From Camelus ferus (lineage: Eukaryota): a DNA stretch of 64,000 nt. Under the pieces are notes generated by a model. That model searched no databases and was not told where the DNA came from. It was given only the letters and a program-made list of their open reading frames with translations. The stretch is taken from assembly GCF_009834535.1 (NCBI RefSeq), contig NC_045697.1, positions 102,612,001 through 102,676,000 on the forward strand. Reading direction: 5' to 3'. Below, one piece after another: positions 1-12,689 of the stretch. The position numbers and the translations under genes were made by a program. Every line of letters begins with the position of its first letter. The first letter of the stretch is position 1.

Positions 1-349
1 ATACACCTTCTGATTTCCCATGAGTCATATTAATTAATGGCTTCTCAAATCAGTGAGTATGTGCTTATTTTTAATTGGTAGAATAAATGATAAGCTCAAG
101 GTTCAATATTTACCCCAAACAGAAGCTGCTGTGGGGATTCCAAGCCGGAAAGGCTATTCTTGATTCCTTCCTCTTTTTCCAACTGGAATTCACCTGCTTC
201 TTCTTTTTCAAATCAGAAGTGGATCATTTGAAGACGAGTACAAAAACGTCCCCCTTCTTAATGCGGGCTTGCTTCTTTCTAGTTAACCAAGAGCAGCCAA
301 CTGAGGGAAAAAAACAAACACTTAACATTGAAACACCCTTTCTGAAACA

Positions 350-510
350 TAGGGCTTTGGATTAAAAATCCAGTAATCTGTATTTTAATCCTTTCTCTGC
401 CATAAACTCACTTGTGTGGCTTCGATAGGTTCTCAAACTCCCTCTCAGTCCTCCAATAATCTGTTTTTATAACAGGGATAATTTCTTCCAGCTCTAATAC
501 TCTCATTTCA
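350..510 (+). mobile_element. Highly diverged MIR/MIR3 SINE fragment
   Basis: gctttggatt...aatcctttctctgcc...tgtgtggctt...ctcagtc...cttccagctctaa resembles the MIR core and MIR3 tail. Confidence 0.5.
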
Positions 511-1002
511 TTATCCCTGAAATTAGATTTCTATCAAACAGGCATCAATATCTTCAAAAATGGCTGTCATGTGGGTGGAGAAAGGTCATGCTTCTGTCTC
601 TAGAGATGGGTACTTATGAGGGAAGAGCAAAGTTCTATGAATAGAAAAAAAAAAAATGTCTTCCTGATTAGGACACAGGTCATGTTTCTATTAATTTCAC
701 AACCACCAAACATTGTCTTTTAACAGTGATTTTGGGACCCAGCTTTTCTCCCGGAAGAGACTGAAGACAGTGGAAAACACAAATGCATCCAGGGAAACTT
801 TTTCTACACTGATTAAAAATCAACCAAGAAGATAACACTTTGGAGTCATTGCTTCATGGTTAATCCTCGTTTTAAAACAGGTTCCTTCACGAATTGTCAA
901 AGCGAGGAGCTAGCCTGCACTGAGGCACACTTTGCTTCAGAATGAACACTCCCATGTTTAACCCTTGTTGACTCATCACCCAAAAGAGCACTTAAATAGA
1001 GA

Positions 1003-1138
1003 TAGTAATACTCCATTGATAGGGGTAGGAAACTAAGGCACAAAGAAGTATAATAACTTGTCCATGGTCATGTATATGTAACAGACGTTGGAAAAGAAAT
1101 TTAAACCAAATGTGTCTGATTACAGAACCTTTCCTCTA
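1003..1138 (-). mobile_element. MIR SINE fragment
   Basis: ggaaactaaggcacaaagaagtataataacttgtccatggtca is the reverse MIR core (gaaactgaggc...aagtaacttgcccaaggtcac). Confidence 0.7.
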
Positions 1139-4100
1139 CAATGTATGAGCTTGTTTATGCAGTGCTTCGTCACTTAGAAAAAGATAAGCTTTTTAATAGT
1201 ACCTAAGTTAAGTTTCCTAAGACAAACTGCATACAGGGTCATGTCATTATAATGCTTTCTTTAAACCATCAGGCACCAGCTCCTAGATTTGATGAGTACT
1301 AACATAAATTCAAAACAAAGGAGAAAAGAGTGTTTTGTGTCTTACAAGTGCAAAAACCAATGTGTAATCTATCGCCCTCATGAAAGATCCAACCAATATT
1401 TCAAAAGCCACCAAAGGGATTGATTACCCAGTAGACTGAGAAGACTTCACACTGGTCATTCTTTTCAAGTCATTCTCTACCTCCCCCCGACCACTGGTAA
1501 GGCAATGGGTCAAAGGTGTGCCTTATAATGTAGAAGGGCCACCAGAGTGAAAATCCAAGGACCATCCCCCGAGAGCTATGTTTTCAGTCATGAGAGGCAT
1601 TTTGAAGTTCCCTGGATGAGTTTAAACTCCCCAAACACCCTTCATCCCATCCTCCCTCCATATACACACTCTATTTGTTTACTTCTCACCCCCCCACCCC
1701 CAAGCCCTAGAATGTGACAAATCCAGAGGCTGTTAGGGGGACCCGGCGGGAGGAGCTTCCAGGTGTCCTGCCCTGAGGGATTAAAAGTGCTCGGGTTTCA
1801 ACTCAGGGCTGTCCCACCCATGTACTCCTCCATACTGCACCCATCACTTGTCCTGAAAAGCACATCTCTCACCTTTGGCTGTCTTCACGGGAGGTGTTTA
1901 CAAATAAGGGCACCTGCCTGTGAAAGCCGGACATTTGTAGAAGCACCAAGAGGACAACTGATGGCATGTTTGGGGAGTTTCTATGCCTGAATGTTCCCAA
2001 CAGCTGTATCTGCACTATATAGGCTTTTGTGAGGTTTTGTGTGGCAAGAGAAAGAGAGAAACAGGTTCCTTATCTTTGTATTAAAAACACATCTGCAAAC
2101 CTGCCACATTCTACGGCAAGTGAACCGAAGGTAAACATCTAATAGTACTTGGAAGGCTACCCATTCCCTGCTAAGGAAGGTTAAAACACGTTGGTTAAAT
2201 GAAGAGTTTGGCTGAAACTAGATTCTTCTCCAAACACAACAGGAGGTTATAATTTCAAGAATTTTTCTCTTTGGATTTACTCCTGAATATTAAGTATTGG
2301 TACCCAAGTGCCAGAGTAACAAACTAAAATGAAGACCACCCATCAATTTAATTCCAAAGGCTTATTTCATGTAACTCAAGCTCCCGTTATCTGAGACTGA
2401 CTGATGCTATTTGCAACTGCCCATAACAAAAGCCAAAGGGTTTCTAGAAATTTGGCCTTTTCATTTTTTTCACCAGTTTATTTCTCAGATAGCTGGGAAA
2501 AAATTTTCCACTTCTATTTGATGACATGATTTCTAAAGCATCTTGACTAATTTCTCAATTAGCCAAGATTACCCCAAATGCCACTTATATTAAATCATGG
2601 GCCCCCATAGTCTCCCTATTCAGTGATAACATTGAAGCAAAACATAATCTGAACCCAATAATCCACAAGATCCGAATTCATAGAAGAAATGGACTTTCTC
2701 TCACAGCTATAGTGTTTGCCACATCCTAATATCATTCCTTTTATTTCTTTTCAAGCATTTTCATTCTATTCAGGCTCAAACACTCCAACCTTCTTCCACC
2801 AGCACCAACACTCCATCCTTCTCCTTTGCCGTTTTAGATGGAAATGAAAGATTCTATCCTTCGTCATTTCGAAGTGCAGAGTGCACGCCTCTTTCTTCCC
2901 CAAAACAAGAAACCACAGATGTTTCAGTCAAAGATCTGTGACTAAAATCATTTCTTCAATTGAGACATGATGCCAAAAGGAAAAACACATTCTTAATGCA
3001 TTGTTTGCCTGGAAAAATAAACTGCCTTGCAGGAAGGAATGTAGAGCAAGGTAATCATAGAAGCCCAGAGGCATAATCCAGTTAAACTCCTTGACCTGCA
3101 TCGAATGTTGACAATTTTAAGTTCTCTGTTCCAAGAGAACATTCTGAGACACATTTGCAACATTGCTTTAAAGTCCTCCCATTTAGTGGAAGAAGTAAAC
3201 AAACTAGACCTCAGGTAACCTGGTGGATGGAGAGACCTTAGGGAAAATAACTCCTCTATCAATAGGACTTCCCTTGAAAAAAATCATGCTGAGTTAGCCT
3301 TAGACCTGATTTTAATAAAGTGTCAAGATTCAGCAAAATGGGTCATTTTATTCCTCCCTGTTCAAATGCATGACATTCAATGAGAAAGACCTGAGTTCAA
3401 GCCCTCAGAACTATAGGTGAAATCCACAAAATAGCTTATGGTAATCACACTGTTAATCTGCTTTGGTTGACAGTTTTCAAAATGGATTCCACAGAGCTAA
3501 GAAATAAACCAAATCCATTCCAGATTTCCCTGGTAGAGGGCACTCAAGTAGGCACTTCATCCTGCAAAAGCTCAGCAGGAGGACTCTTTATAAAGGGGAT
3601 TTCTTTAGTTGGCTAAGGGAAAATATCTTATCTGAACAGGAAGGTAGATCATTAGCGGCTGGACCTCCCAGATAGCCCCTAAGTTTCTGAGAAAACTTCC
3701 TGATGAGTCATGCTGAGAAGGAGCTCTCCAGAAAGGCTTTGAGCAAAGTACAATTCGCGGGTAAGATCTACAATGCATGCTTGGCCCCAGTGATAGCAAC
3801 AGATGTGTCATGACAGCAATCAATTCCTCAGTGACTTGAAGAAGTGAACTTGCCTTCTGCCTAACTGGCCAAGGAAACATGAGAGTCTGTGATCGACAAG
3901 ATCAGAAATAGCATGTGATTACTGCCCACTGCAAGTGAACATGTTTCTATGACGTAAGACCACTAAACACACTCTCCATGTGCCAAGGCTATTTTAGATT
4001 CAATCTGCCCATGAGTAAATGCAAATGCTATTAGGAAAATGCCTACTAGTTCTTTCTAAAAAGTCCAGGGCTATTTAGAGGGAAACAATATTTGCTTCTG

Positions 4101-4699
4101 GTAAGAAAATTATGACTCCAGACTCCATTAGATGTATCTCCAATTCCATCTCCCATCTCTGGGATAAAAAATTCACTGGCAAATACTTGTGGATAAATGA
4201 TCTACCAGTGCACACTTGTGAGGTTTAAATTAATATGTATAAAACACTTTGAAAGGAGTTATGAAAGATAATCCTACCACTAAATATTCAAGAATTACGG
4301 TCTGTGCCTTTACCCAAACTTTCCATTATTTGTTCAGTTTTTTAAACAAACACCATTGTTTACAGACCCAGATTTGATTTCACAAAGAATGTATTTCATA
4401 ATTTAAACTGAAGTGCTTTTCATAATTTAATTATTAGTATTGCTATATTCAGGAAGGATTTTTCCACTGCTCTTACAGAAAAAATTTTTTTTTCAGTTTT
4501 AGAAACAGGAGAACTTTTAAAACTGGTTTAAAGTAAAAGACCTACAGTATCTCCAAAGAACACAAAATATTTTGTAATAAAAAAATAAATTATTGTTTTA
4601 TCAATTTACCAGTCATTTCTGATGATTTTCATAGCCACTCATATGGTTACATGGTTTTCTTTCTGAAAGAAATAGATGAGAAACCAATAAATGAACCTG

Positions 4700-6800
4700 A
4701 GGCCTGCCCTAAAAGAAATACTAAAGAGAATATACTGAAGTGAAATTAAAGGACACTAGACAGTAACGCAAGTCTATATAAGAATAAATAAGTGCCAGTA
4801 AAGGTAACAACACAGGCAAGAATAAAAGACAGAACAAATAAAATTGTGTTTATAACTCATTTTTTCCCTCCTATCTGATTTAAAAGATGACTGCAACTAA
4901 CAATGGCACACCAAAATACAGGAAGCAACAACTGGCAAGACTGAAGGGAGACAGACAATTCAACAACAGTTTAGGACTTCAAAACTCCACTTTCAATAAT
5001 AAATGGAACAACTAGACAAAAGATCAACAAGTAAATAGAAGAGCTGAAGAGTATTATAAGCCAACTACACCTAACAGAGATCTACAGAACATTCCACCCA
5101 ACAATAGTACACAAGGCACATTCTTCCCAATTGTACATGAAACGTTCTCCAGGTGAGATCAAACTTTAGGACATAAAGTAAGTATCAATAAACTTAAAAG
5201 GATTGAAATCATACAAAGTATGTTTTTCTCTGATCACAACAGAATGAAATAAGAAATCAATAAGAAAACTTGAAAAATTCACAAATGTGAAAATTAAACA
5301 TCCTTTAAAAAAACAATGTTTCAAAGAAGAAATCACAGGGAAATCAGAAAATACTTTGAGATGAATGAACTAAAACACAACATGCCAGAACTTATGGATG
5401 CAGTTAAAATAGTTGTTAGAGGGAAATTTATAGCTGTAAGTGATTGTATTAAGAAAAAAGAAAGATCTCAGATTAATTACCTATCCTTCCATCTTCAGAG
5501 GAGCAAACTAAATGCAAAGAAGGTTTTCCTTTTGATGAACTTAACAAGCTGAACTAAAACTCATAGGGAAATGCAAGGAACTCAAAATAGACAAAATAAT
5601 CTCATCAAAAGAACAAAGTTGGAAGAGTAATGCTTCCAAATTTCAAGCTTACTATAGAACTACAGTAATGAAGACTGTGTGGTGCTTGCATAGGATAGAC
5701 ATATAGATCAATGGTATAGAACTGAGAGTCCAGAAATAAACTCTATGGTCAGTTGATTTAGACAAGAGTACCAAGACCATTAAATGGGGAAAAGGGAAAG
5801 AATAGTCTTTTCAACAAACAGTATCCAGAACACTTAAAGGATTCTTACAATTAAACAATAAAAAGACAACCCCATTAAAAATGAATAAAGGATCTGAATA
5901 GATATTTCTCCAAAGAAAATATACAAATGTACAATAGGAACATGAAGAGATGCTCAACATCATTAGTCATTAGAGAAATGCAAATGAAAACCGGAAGATA
6001 CCACTTTACAACCACTAGGATGACTATAATGAAAAGATTGATAATAGCAAATGTTGATAAGGATGTGGAGTATTAAAACCTTCAAATATTGCTAGTGAGG
6101 TATTTAAAGTGATACAGCCTCTGTGGAAAATAGTTCGGCACGTCCTCAAAATGTTAAATGAAGAGTTAACATGTGATCCAGCAATTCTACTCTTAGATAT
6201 ATGCCCCCAAAATATAAAATATGTTCACACAAAAACGTGTACAGCAATGTTTATAGCACCACTATTAGCCAAAAACATGGAAACAACCCAAAATGCCCTT
6301 TGATTAACAAGAGGATAAATGTGGTATCTTCATACAATGGAATATTATTCAGCCATAAAAGTTATGAAGTCTTAGGTTTGCTGTGAATGGATGAACCTAG
6401 AAAACATTCTTATACTCAGTTAAGGCAGCCAAACTATTTTGAGGATGTGCCAAACTATTTTCCACCAAGGCTGCATCATTTTAAACACCCACTAGCAAAA
6501 TGTGAGGGTTCCAATACTCCATATCCTCATCAACATTATTGTATGATTTCGTTTACAAGAAATGTCCAGAACAGGCAATTCCATAGAGACGGGATAGTTT
6601 GGTGGATGCCAGGAGCTGAAGAAAGAAGAAATGGTGAATAACTCTAATGGCTATGGGGATTCTTTTCAGAATAATGAAAAGGTTCTGAAATAAGAGGGTG
6701 GTGAGGTTTGCCCAACCTTGTGAAAATACTATAAGCCACTGAACTGTATGCTTTAAATGGGTGAGTTTTGTAGCATGTGAATTAGATCTCAATAAAAGAA
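4700..6800 (+). mobile_element. Old LINE-1 (L1MB-like), internally deleted: ORF2 fragments plus 3' UTR
   Basis: Degenerate ORF2 endonuclease/linker (ORF 5316-5552 contains ...RGKFIAVS.CIKK.ERSQIN.LSFHL); L1M 3' UTR motifs (acaatggaatattattcagccataaaa, gaactgtatgctttaaatggg); AATAAA at ~6791. Confidence 0.9.
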
Positions 6801-6884
6801 ATTTTACAATTTAAATTCGCTTTAACATTAAAAAATGGAAATATGATCATAAGCATCAAACCATAGCTCACACACATAATTTTC

Positions 6885-7063
6885 TAATGCCTTGTTCACA
6901 GTGTGGTTCATAGGTTAGCAGCAAAAGCACCACCCAGGAGTTTGTTTAATGTTTGTTTAATGCAAAATCTCAGGTTTGTCCCAGATCTATGAATCAGAAT
7001 CAGTATTTTAACGAGATTTCAGGTGATTCAAATACACATTAGAATTTGAAGAAGCACTGCTCT
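6885..7063. mobile_element. MER5B-like hAT-Charlie MITE
   Basis: gaatcagaatc...ttttaacgagatttcaggtgattc...acattagaatttgaagaagcactg terminal motif. Confidence 0.75.
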
Positions 7064-7329
7064 AATGCAAGTTTTCGTGCTCCCATTTCAGGGTGTGTGT
7101 GTGAAAAAAATTAAGTGGTAAGTCCAGGAGCCTCCTTCCTAACAACACTCTAACGTCCCCTGGGGGCACTACGCCTCCCCCAGCCTCCCCCACCATCTAA
7201 GTGGGATGGTAAATTCAGGTGCCCTGACTGGCTCCAGAGGTCAAAGGGATCCCAGAGCAGCCTTTCCCTTACTGCTGGCCCCTCCCTCCTTCCTGCTCAG
7301 TCCTTTCCTCAGTCACCTCCACCCTCTGC

Positions 7330-7608
7330 CAGCCAAGGGATGGGTCAGCATAGGATCAGTTCTGACTGTCAGACTCTCTCTCCTGAAACTTGGAATCTTG
7401 AGTGGAGTGACTCAAGAAGAGGTGTTATAGTTGGGGTTCTGTCATTCCAGCTGCAGCTCCTTAATGGCTGTGTATTCCTTTCTCCACACTTGGTTCCCCA
7501 CCAGTTTGGTGAGCTCCAGACAGCTTTCCAGTAAGTGTCCTTTTATCTTACGTGTTTACATTAGTCAGACGTGGAATTTGATGCTTACAAAGAATCCTAA
7601 TTGACACA
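7330..7608 (+). mobile_element. Old ERV-L-type LTR fragment (LTR16/LTR33-like)
   Basis: 3' end ...ttagtcagacgtggaatttgatgcttacaaagaatcctaattgacaca is typical of ERVL LTR ends. Confidence 0.5.
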
Positions 7609-8021
7609 TCAGCCTTTAATACACTAACGCTTGGCCTGAATCTACATACAATTCTAATGTTTTAGTCTCACAGTTGAGGATTCATATTCATGGCTATCCC
7701 ATCAGTAGATATAAGTATTGTTAATAGATATAATTATTATTGTTAATTAACTAGCCAAAGGTCGAAAGCTTTGCAAGAGGTGGTAATCACACATGGGATT
7801 CAGGACTGATGTATGTGATTCACGTCGAAGGGGATAAGGCAGGGGCAGGAATAAGGGAGGGTGAGGAAGCAGGGTTCTCAGCCAGTGCTGAGACTGTGGA
7901 AAGGCTCTGTCCACAGAGCCCAGAACCTCACTCTGCTGTGGAAGACTCAGGATTCATCTGAGCTCCCACGGCGGGCAATTTCTGCTACTTAGATTAAGAA
8001 TCAGTATGCTTGTTCACATTA

Positions 8022-8870
8022 GCATACCAATGTTCACAGCACCATTACTCACAGTAGCCAAAAGGTGGAAACACCGAACTGTCCATCAGCAGACAAATGA
8101 ATAAACAAAATGCGGCATATACCTACGATGGAATATTATTCAGCCTGAAAAAGGAATACAATTCAGACACATGCTACAACATGGAGGACCCTCAAAAACA
8201 TTACACCAAGTGAGATAAGCCATATGCCAAAGGACAAATATTTGTATGATTCTATTTATATGGGGTACATAGAAGAGGCAAATTCATTGAGATAGAAAGT
8301 AGAACAGTGGTTACCAAGGCCTGGGAAAAGGAGTAATGTGGAGTTATTATTTAATAGGTACACGTTTTCTGGTTGGGGTGATGAAGAATTTCTGGAGGAC
8401 AGTGGTGATGGTTGCACAATAATGAGAATGCACTTAATGACGCTGAACTGTACGTTAAAAAATGGATAAAATAGTGCAATGGAATGAATGTGTCTTTCCA
8501 AAATTTGTGTGGGAGACCCTAATCCCCAGTGTGATGGTATTTGGTGGTGTGGCATTTGGGGATCTGTTAGACCATGAGAGTAGAGCCTTCATGCACAGAT
8601 TAGTGCCCTTATAAGAAGAGACACAAGAGAGATCTCTTGCTCTCTCTTGCCCATGAGAGGACACAGCAAGAAGGCAGCTGGCTACAGGCCAGGAAGAAGG
8701 CGCTCCCCAGAACCTTCCATGCTGGCACCCTGATCACAAACTTCCCAGTCTCCCGCACTATAGAAATAAATTTCCCTTAAGTCACCCAGTCTATGCTATT
8801 CTGTTACAGTAGCCTGAGCTAAGACAAAAAGTAAGTTTTGTTATATATATGTGACTACAACTTAAAAAAA
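8022..8870 (+). mobile_element. L1MB 3' end, interrupted by an MLT1A LTR
   Basis: Canonical L1MB 3' UTR (atggaatattattcagcc, acacatgctacaacatgg, gatggttgcacaat); it resumes after the LTR at 8827. Confidence 0.88.
8475..8826 (+). mobile_element. MLT1A/MLT1A0 MaLR solo LTR
   Basis: TG...CA termini; ctaatccccagtgtgatggtatttgg; aagtcacccagtctatg...agcctgagctaagaca; degenerate 5-bp TSD aatag/aaaag. Confidence 0.85.
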
Positions 8871-8949
8871 TAGTATTCTAAAATGTTCAAATCTGAGGAA
8901 GAAAAGTGAAAGTGACATATGATTTACAAATATTTATACTGATAAGAAG

Positions 8950-9700
8950 TTGAGCCTCTTCCGGTTAGAAGTAACAGAAACCCAATCAAACAATTTAAGC
9001 CAACAAAGGGAATTGATGGACTCGGGTGACTGTGGAGCCCAAACTGAAGCCTGGATCCTGGGGCTGTGCCATCTTCTCCTGTCCAGCTCTCCTGTGTGAT
9101 TACTGTAGCCTCAGGCCAGCTCCCCTCACCTGGGGCTCCAGATAGCCCCTGGCAGCCCCCACCTTCATCAGCTTTGCAGCTGGGAATCTCAGTGTAAAGA
9201 GGGGGCCTCTTTTCTAACAAAAGTCCTAGAAAGAGTTCTACTGGTCCAACTTGGGACCACAGACAACACACTTATGGTTACCAAAGGGGAAAGGAAGTGG
9301 GGGAGGGATAAATTAAGAGTTTGGGATTAGCAGACACAGACTACTGTGTATAAAACAGATAAACAACAAGGTCCTGCCATAGAGCACAGGGAACTATATT
9401 CAATATCCTGTAATAAACCATAATGGAAAAGAATATATATATATAACTAAATCACTTTGCTGTACACCTGAAACTAATACAACATTGTAAATCAACTACA
9501 CTTCAATGGAAAAATTTTTTAAATACTGTATTTAAAAAAAAAACAACCCTGTGTGAGGATGACACACCTGATTGGCTAACACAGGCCAACTCGGTAGGTC
9601 TAAGCCATGCCCCTACTCCGAGAGCTATGGGGGGAAACTACACCCCCAGAGTCACATGGACTAAGAAGGGGGGAAGGCTCCCCCCAAGGAGATAGACACC
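8950..9700 (-). mobile_element. Old MaLR LTR (MLT1K/J-like), split by an L1 3' end
   Basis: ggttagaagtaacagaaacccaatcaaacaatttaagc start; MLT-like sequence resumes after ~9545. Confidence 0.55.
9260..9545 (+). mobile_element. Artiodactyl-type L1 3' end (5'-truncated)
   Basis: cttatggttaccaaagggg...agcacagggaactatattcaatatc...aacattgtaaatcaactacacttcaat followed by an A-rich tail. Confidence 0.9.
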
Positions 9701-9734
9701 AGCAGACAGAAAGACTGTGTATAATGTCGCTTCA

Positions 9735-10160
9735 GTGTCCTGCCACATCCTCTCAGCCCTCATTGTTCGATGCAAACCTGGGTATGTTCCATAAGCAGTT
9801 GAATTTCCCTGCGTTAGGATGCTCTCTGGCTACAAAGCAGGCTAAGTGGGGCTATGAGGAAGGTGGAATCCACAAGTGCAGTTTTCAACCAATGACCAGT
9901 AGACTTGAAGGGGGAATGTTCACCTGCCTCCTCATCAAGAGTGAAGCCTGTGAGGCCTTTCCTGTACCCTCTCCCAGGGCTCTCCACTGGGATGGAGACC
10001 CAGTTACCTACAACGGCAGCCTGCTTCTTACCTAACCCCAATTTTCTCTTTCACTTCTCTACTCCCCTGCCACAATTTTCTGGAGTCACTTCCCAAATCA
10101 CCTACATACACTCTGACTCCTATCTGTGGGTCTGATTTGATGGGAACCCAAATTAAGAGT
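9735..10160 (+). mobile_element. LTR16-like ERV-L LTR
   Basis: 3' end cttcccaaatcacctac...tgggtctgatttgatgggaacccaaattaaga resembles LTR16 family termini. Confidence 0.55.
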
Positions 10161-10335
10161 GTATACCATGGTGGGTGAATTCACACTGTTGTCTGTGCAT
10201 TTTATGTGAAGAAATTCTGTGGGGGATGTTTGGTATTATCTCTGTTTTCTTTACAAGTCAGTATTTTTCTAAAATCCACTTAAACTTGGAGAAAATACGT
10301 ACTTATCCAGAAAAATACCTCAAGGTGTGTTTGGG

Positions 10336-10687
10336 TGTGTTAGTTTGCTAGGGCCGCCATGTCCAAGAACTGGGTGGGTTAAACAACAGAAATGTGTTAT
10401 CTCACAGCTCTGGGGGCCAGAGATCTGAGATCAAGGTGTCAGCAGCATTGGTTTCTTCTGAGGCCCTTCTCCTTGGCTTGCACATGGCTGTCTCTGTATA
10501 TCTTCACATGACCGTCCCTCTTTGTCCTAATCTCTTCTTATAAAGACACCAGTCATGTTGTATTAGGACCCACCTTAGTGACCTCATTTTAACTTAATTA
10601 CTTCTTTAAAGGTCCTACTCCAAATACAGACACATTCTGAGGTCCTGTGAACTATGAATTTGGAGTGGAGGGATTCAACCTGTAACA
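10336..10687 (-). mobile_element. MLT1B-like MaLR solo LTR
   Basis: tgtgttagtttgctagggccgccat...aacaacagaaat...ttcaacctgtaaca; 5-bp TSD ttggg/gtggg. Confidence 0.85.
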
Positions 10688-12498
10688 GTGGGTGTGTGTA
10701 TACTGTGTCATTCTTGTCTTTAGAGGCAAAATGCCTTATGAATAGGAGTTCCCTGCCCTCCACAGATTAGCATAATAGGGACCACAAAATAGCGTCTTTT
10801 CTTTAAACTTCAAAGCTTGGCAGTATAGAGTGGGCCAAGATTCCTCTTCCAAAAGAACTAAAGGAAAGAGGTTGAAAACAAAGAATGAGGTTACTCTAAC
10901 AGGAAGAAATCTGTGAGCTTCCTGAGGAACATGACCATGTTCTTGACAAATAATCCTACCACAGCCCTAACAGAGGAGGGTATTCTGTCTTAGTTTTGAG
11001 GTCCCCCAAGGCACATCAGCCAGCAGCTCTGGTGGTCATCACCTCATCGCCCCTGGAGATTTGATACAACAGACTCACTTTGTGTCTTAAGATTGCATCA
11101 CATGTTCATTCCTCCGTGACTTCAAGGAGGACACTGAGATCCAGTGAACAAAGCTAGGCTCTCCTCCCTCTTCAGATGGACAGGGAGAACTGTGGTTGGC
11201 TCTGCATGGTTGGAGACTGTGATGAGAGCGTGATTTATGATCCACCGCGTTGATGTGGCTATTATCCAGTGTTATAAACACGCAGAGAAATACACTTAGG
11301 CCATATCACAAGTCAGTATCATCTGAGCCATTTGGTGATATTGTGATCCAAGACTTGAGCCAATATTTCATTGAGGAGATGAGTGGAATGCAGTGATTAA
11401 AGAGGCAATGAAATTGGCTTATTTCTGCCTAACGGATGACCTGTTAGCTACAGAGCTGATCTCTACTCAACGCTGCACCTTTTGTATCCTGCCACAGCAG
11501 TGCCATCTTCCCTTACCACTGGAATTTCTGGCTCTTCTGGGCTTCCTTCCTGCACATATTTCATAACCCAGAGAGCATGCCGAAATACAGACAGAGATTT
11601 CTTGGTCAGGAAGACAAGTCAAGTTTGTTTGCTGATGAATGCCCACAGGGCCTTTTTTTTTTTTTAAATAGGACTTTCTCTAGCCTCCTGATCTTTCCAG
11701 ATCCGTGGCAATCCGGGTCCAGTTTCCTCTTCCCCAGATGCACTTTCAGTTAGCGTCTTTTTTCAATCAGTTTCCAGATGTTGTTGCTTATTCGTTTTAT
11801 TTTCAGCACAGTTTATCCTTTCCCGAACTTTTGCATAAGTTCCTTCCATGCCATCTTCCCTCCCCTCCTCCACCCCACCCAGATGAATTCCAGAAACCTG
11901 CTGCATGTAACCCAGTTTAGTTGGCTCTTCCACGCCCTGTCTGAGGGTGCCCCAGCCCTGAAGGTGAGAGGGATGACGGGTCTGCAGGAGAAGCCCCTTC
12001 TGAGTGAGCTCCCAGCTGACAGCCAGATGCTGGTGAGGTCCAGGCCCACTATTGTGTAAAGGTCTCTATAGAGAGGAAGAATATTCAGCGGGGCCCTGAA
12101 GTCCAAACCACAGTTTGTTTTAGAAACTTAAAAAAAAAAACCTCTCTTTGTGCAAATATCAAACCAGAAATGTAAGCAGGCAATATTTTTTAAATTATCA
12201 TCGAACAATATAAAAATTGTAAAGAGGTCTTGCCTTTCTGTAACACTTCTTGCATTTGGCACTATTTGGAAATGAGATCTTTCACGTAAATTAATTTCTT
12301 AGACAATTGAAACATGACTTTAAGCCCCAAATCATTGCAAATCTTAACAATTTTTACATAAATCTTCCTAGAATGCATGACATTTTAGAGTGCGCTGATC
12401 TCATTATCTAATGTTTTCTTACTGATTCAAGGTCAGGGTTGTGAATACCAGCAGCCATACCCTAAGGTTTATGAGATGTTAGTCTCCTTTCCCTGACA

Positions 12499-12660
12499 CC
12501 AGGGTTTCTCAGCTCGGTGTTGCTGACACTGGGGCTGGATAATCCTTTGTTGTGGGAGTATGGCCTGTGCATTCTGGGATGGTTAGTAACATCTCTGGCC
12601 TCTACCCGCTAGATGCCTTAGCACCACCCCCTCAGTGGTAAAAACCAATAACCTCCTGAG
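12499..12660. mobile_element. MER20 hAT MITE fragment
   Basis: cagggtttctcagc...ctgacactggggctggataatcctttgttgtggg...ctggcctctacccgctagatgcc. Confidence 0.8.
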
Positions 12661-12689
12661 GATGAGAACGTGCACCACCATCAAATATT

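Noticed and set aside
5316..5552. ORFs resembling L1 ORF2 (also 45275-45487, 57009-57233 and 29459-29671)
   Set aside because: These are short fragments of truncated, mutated L1 copies, not functional CDSs.
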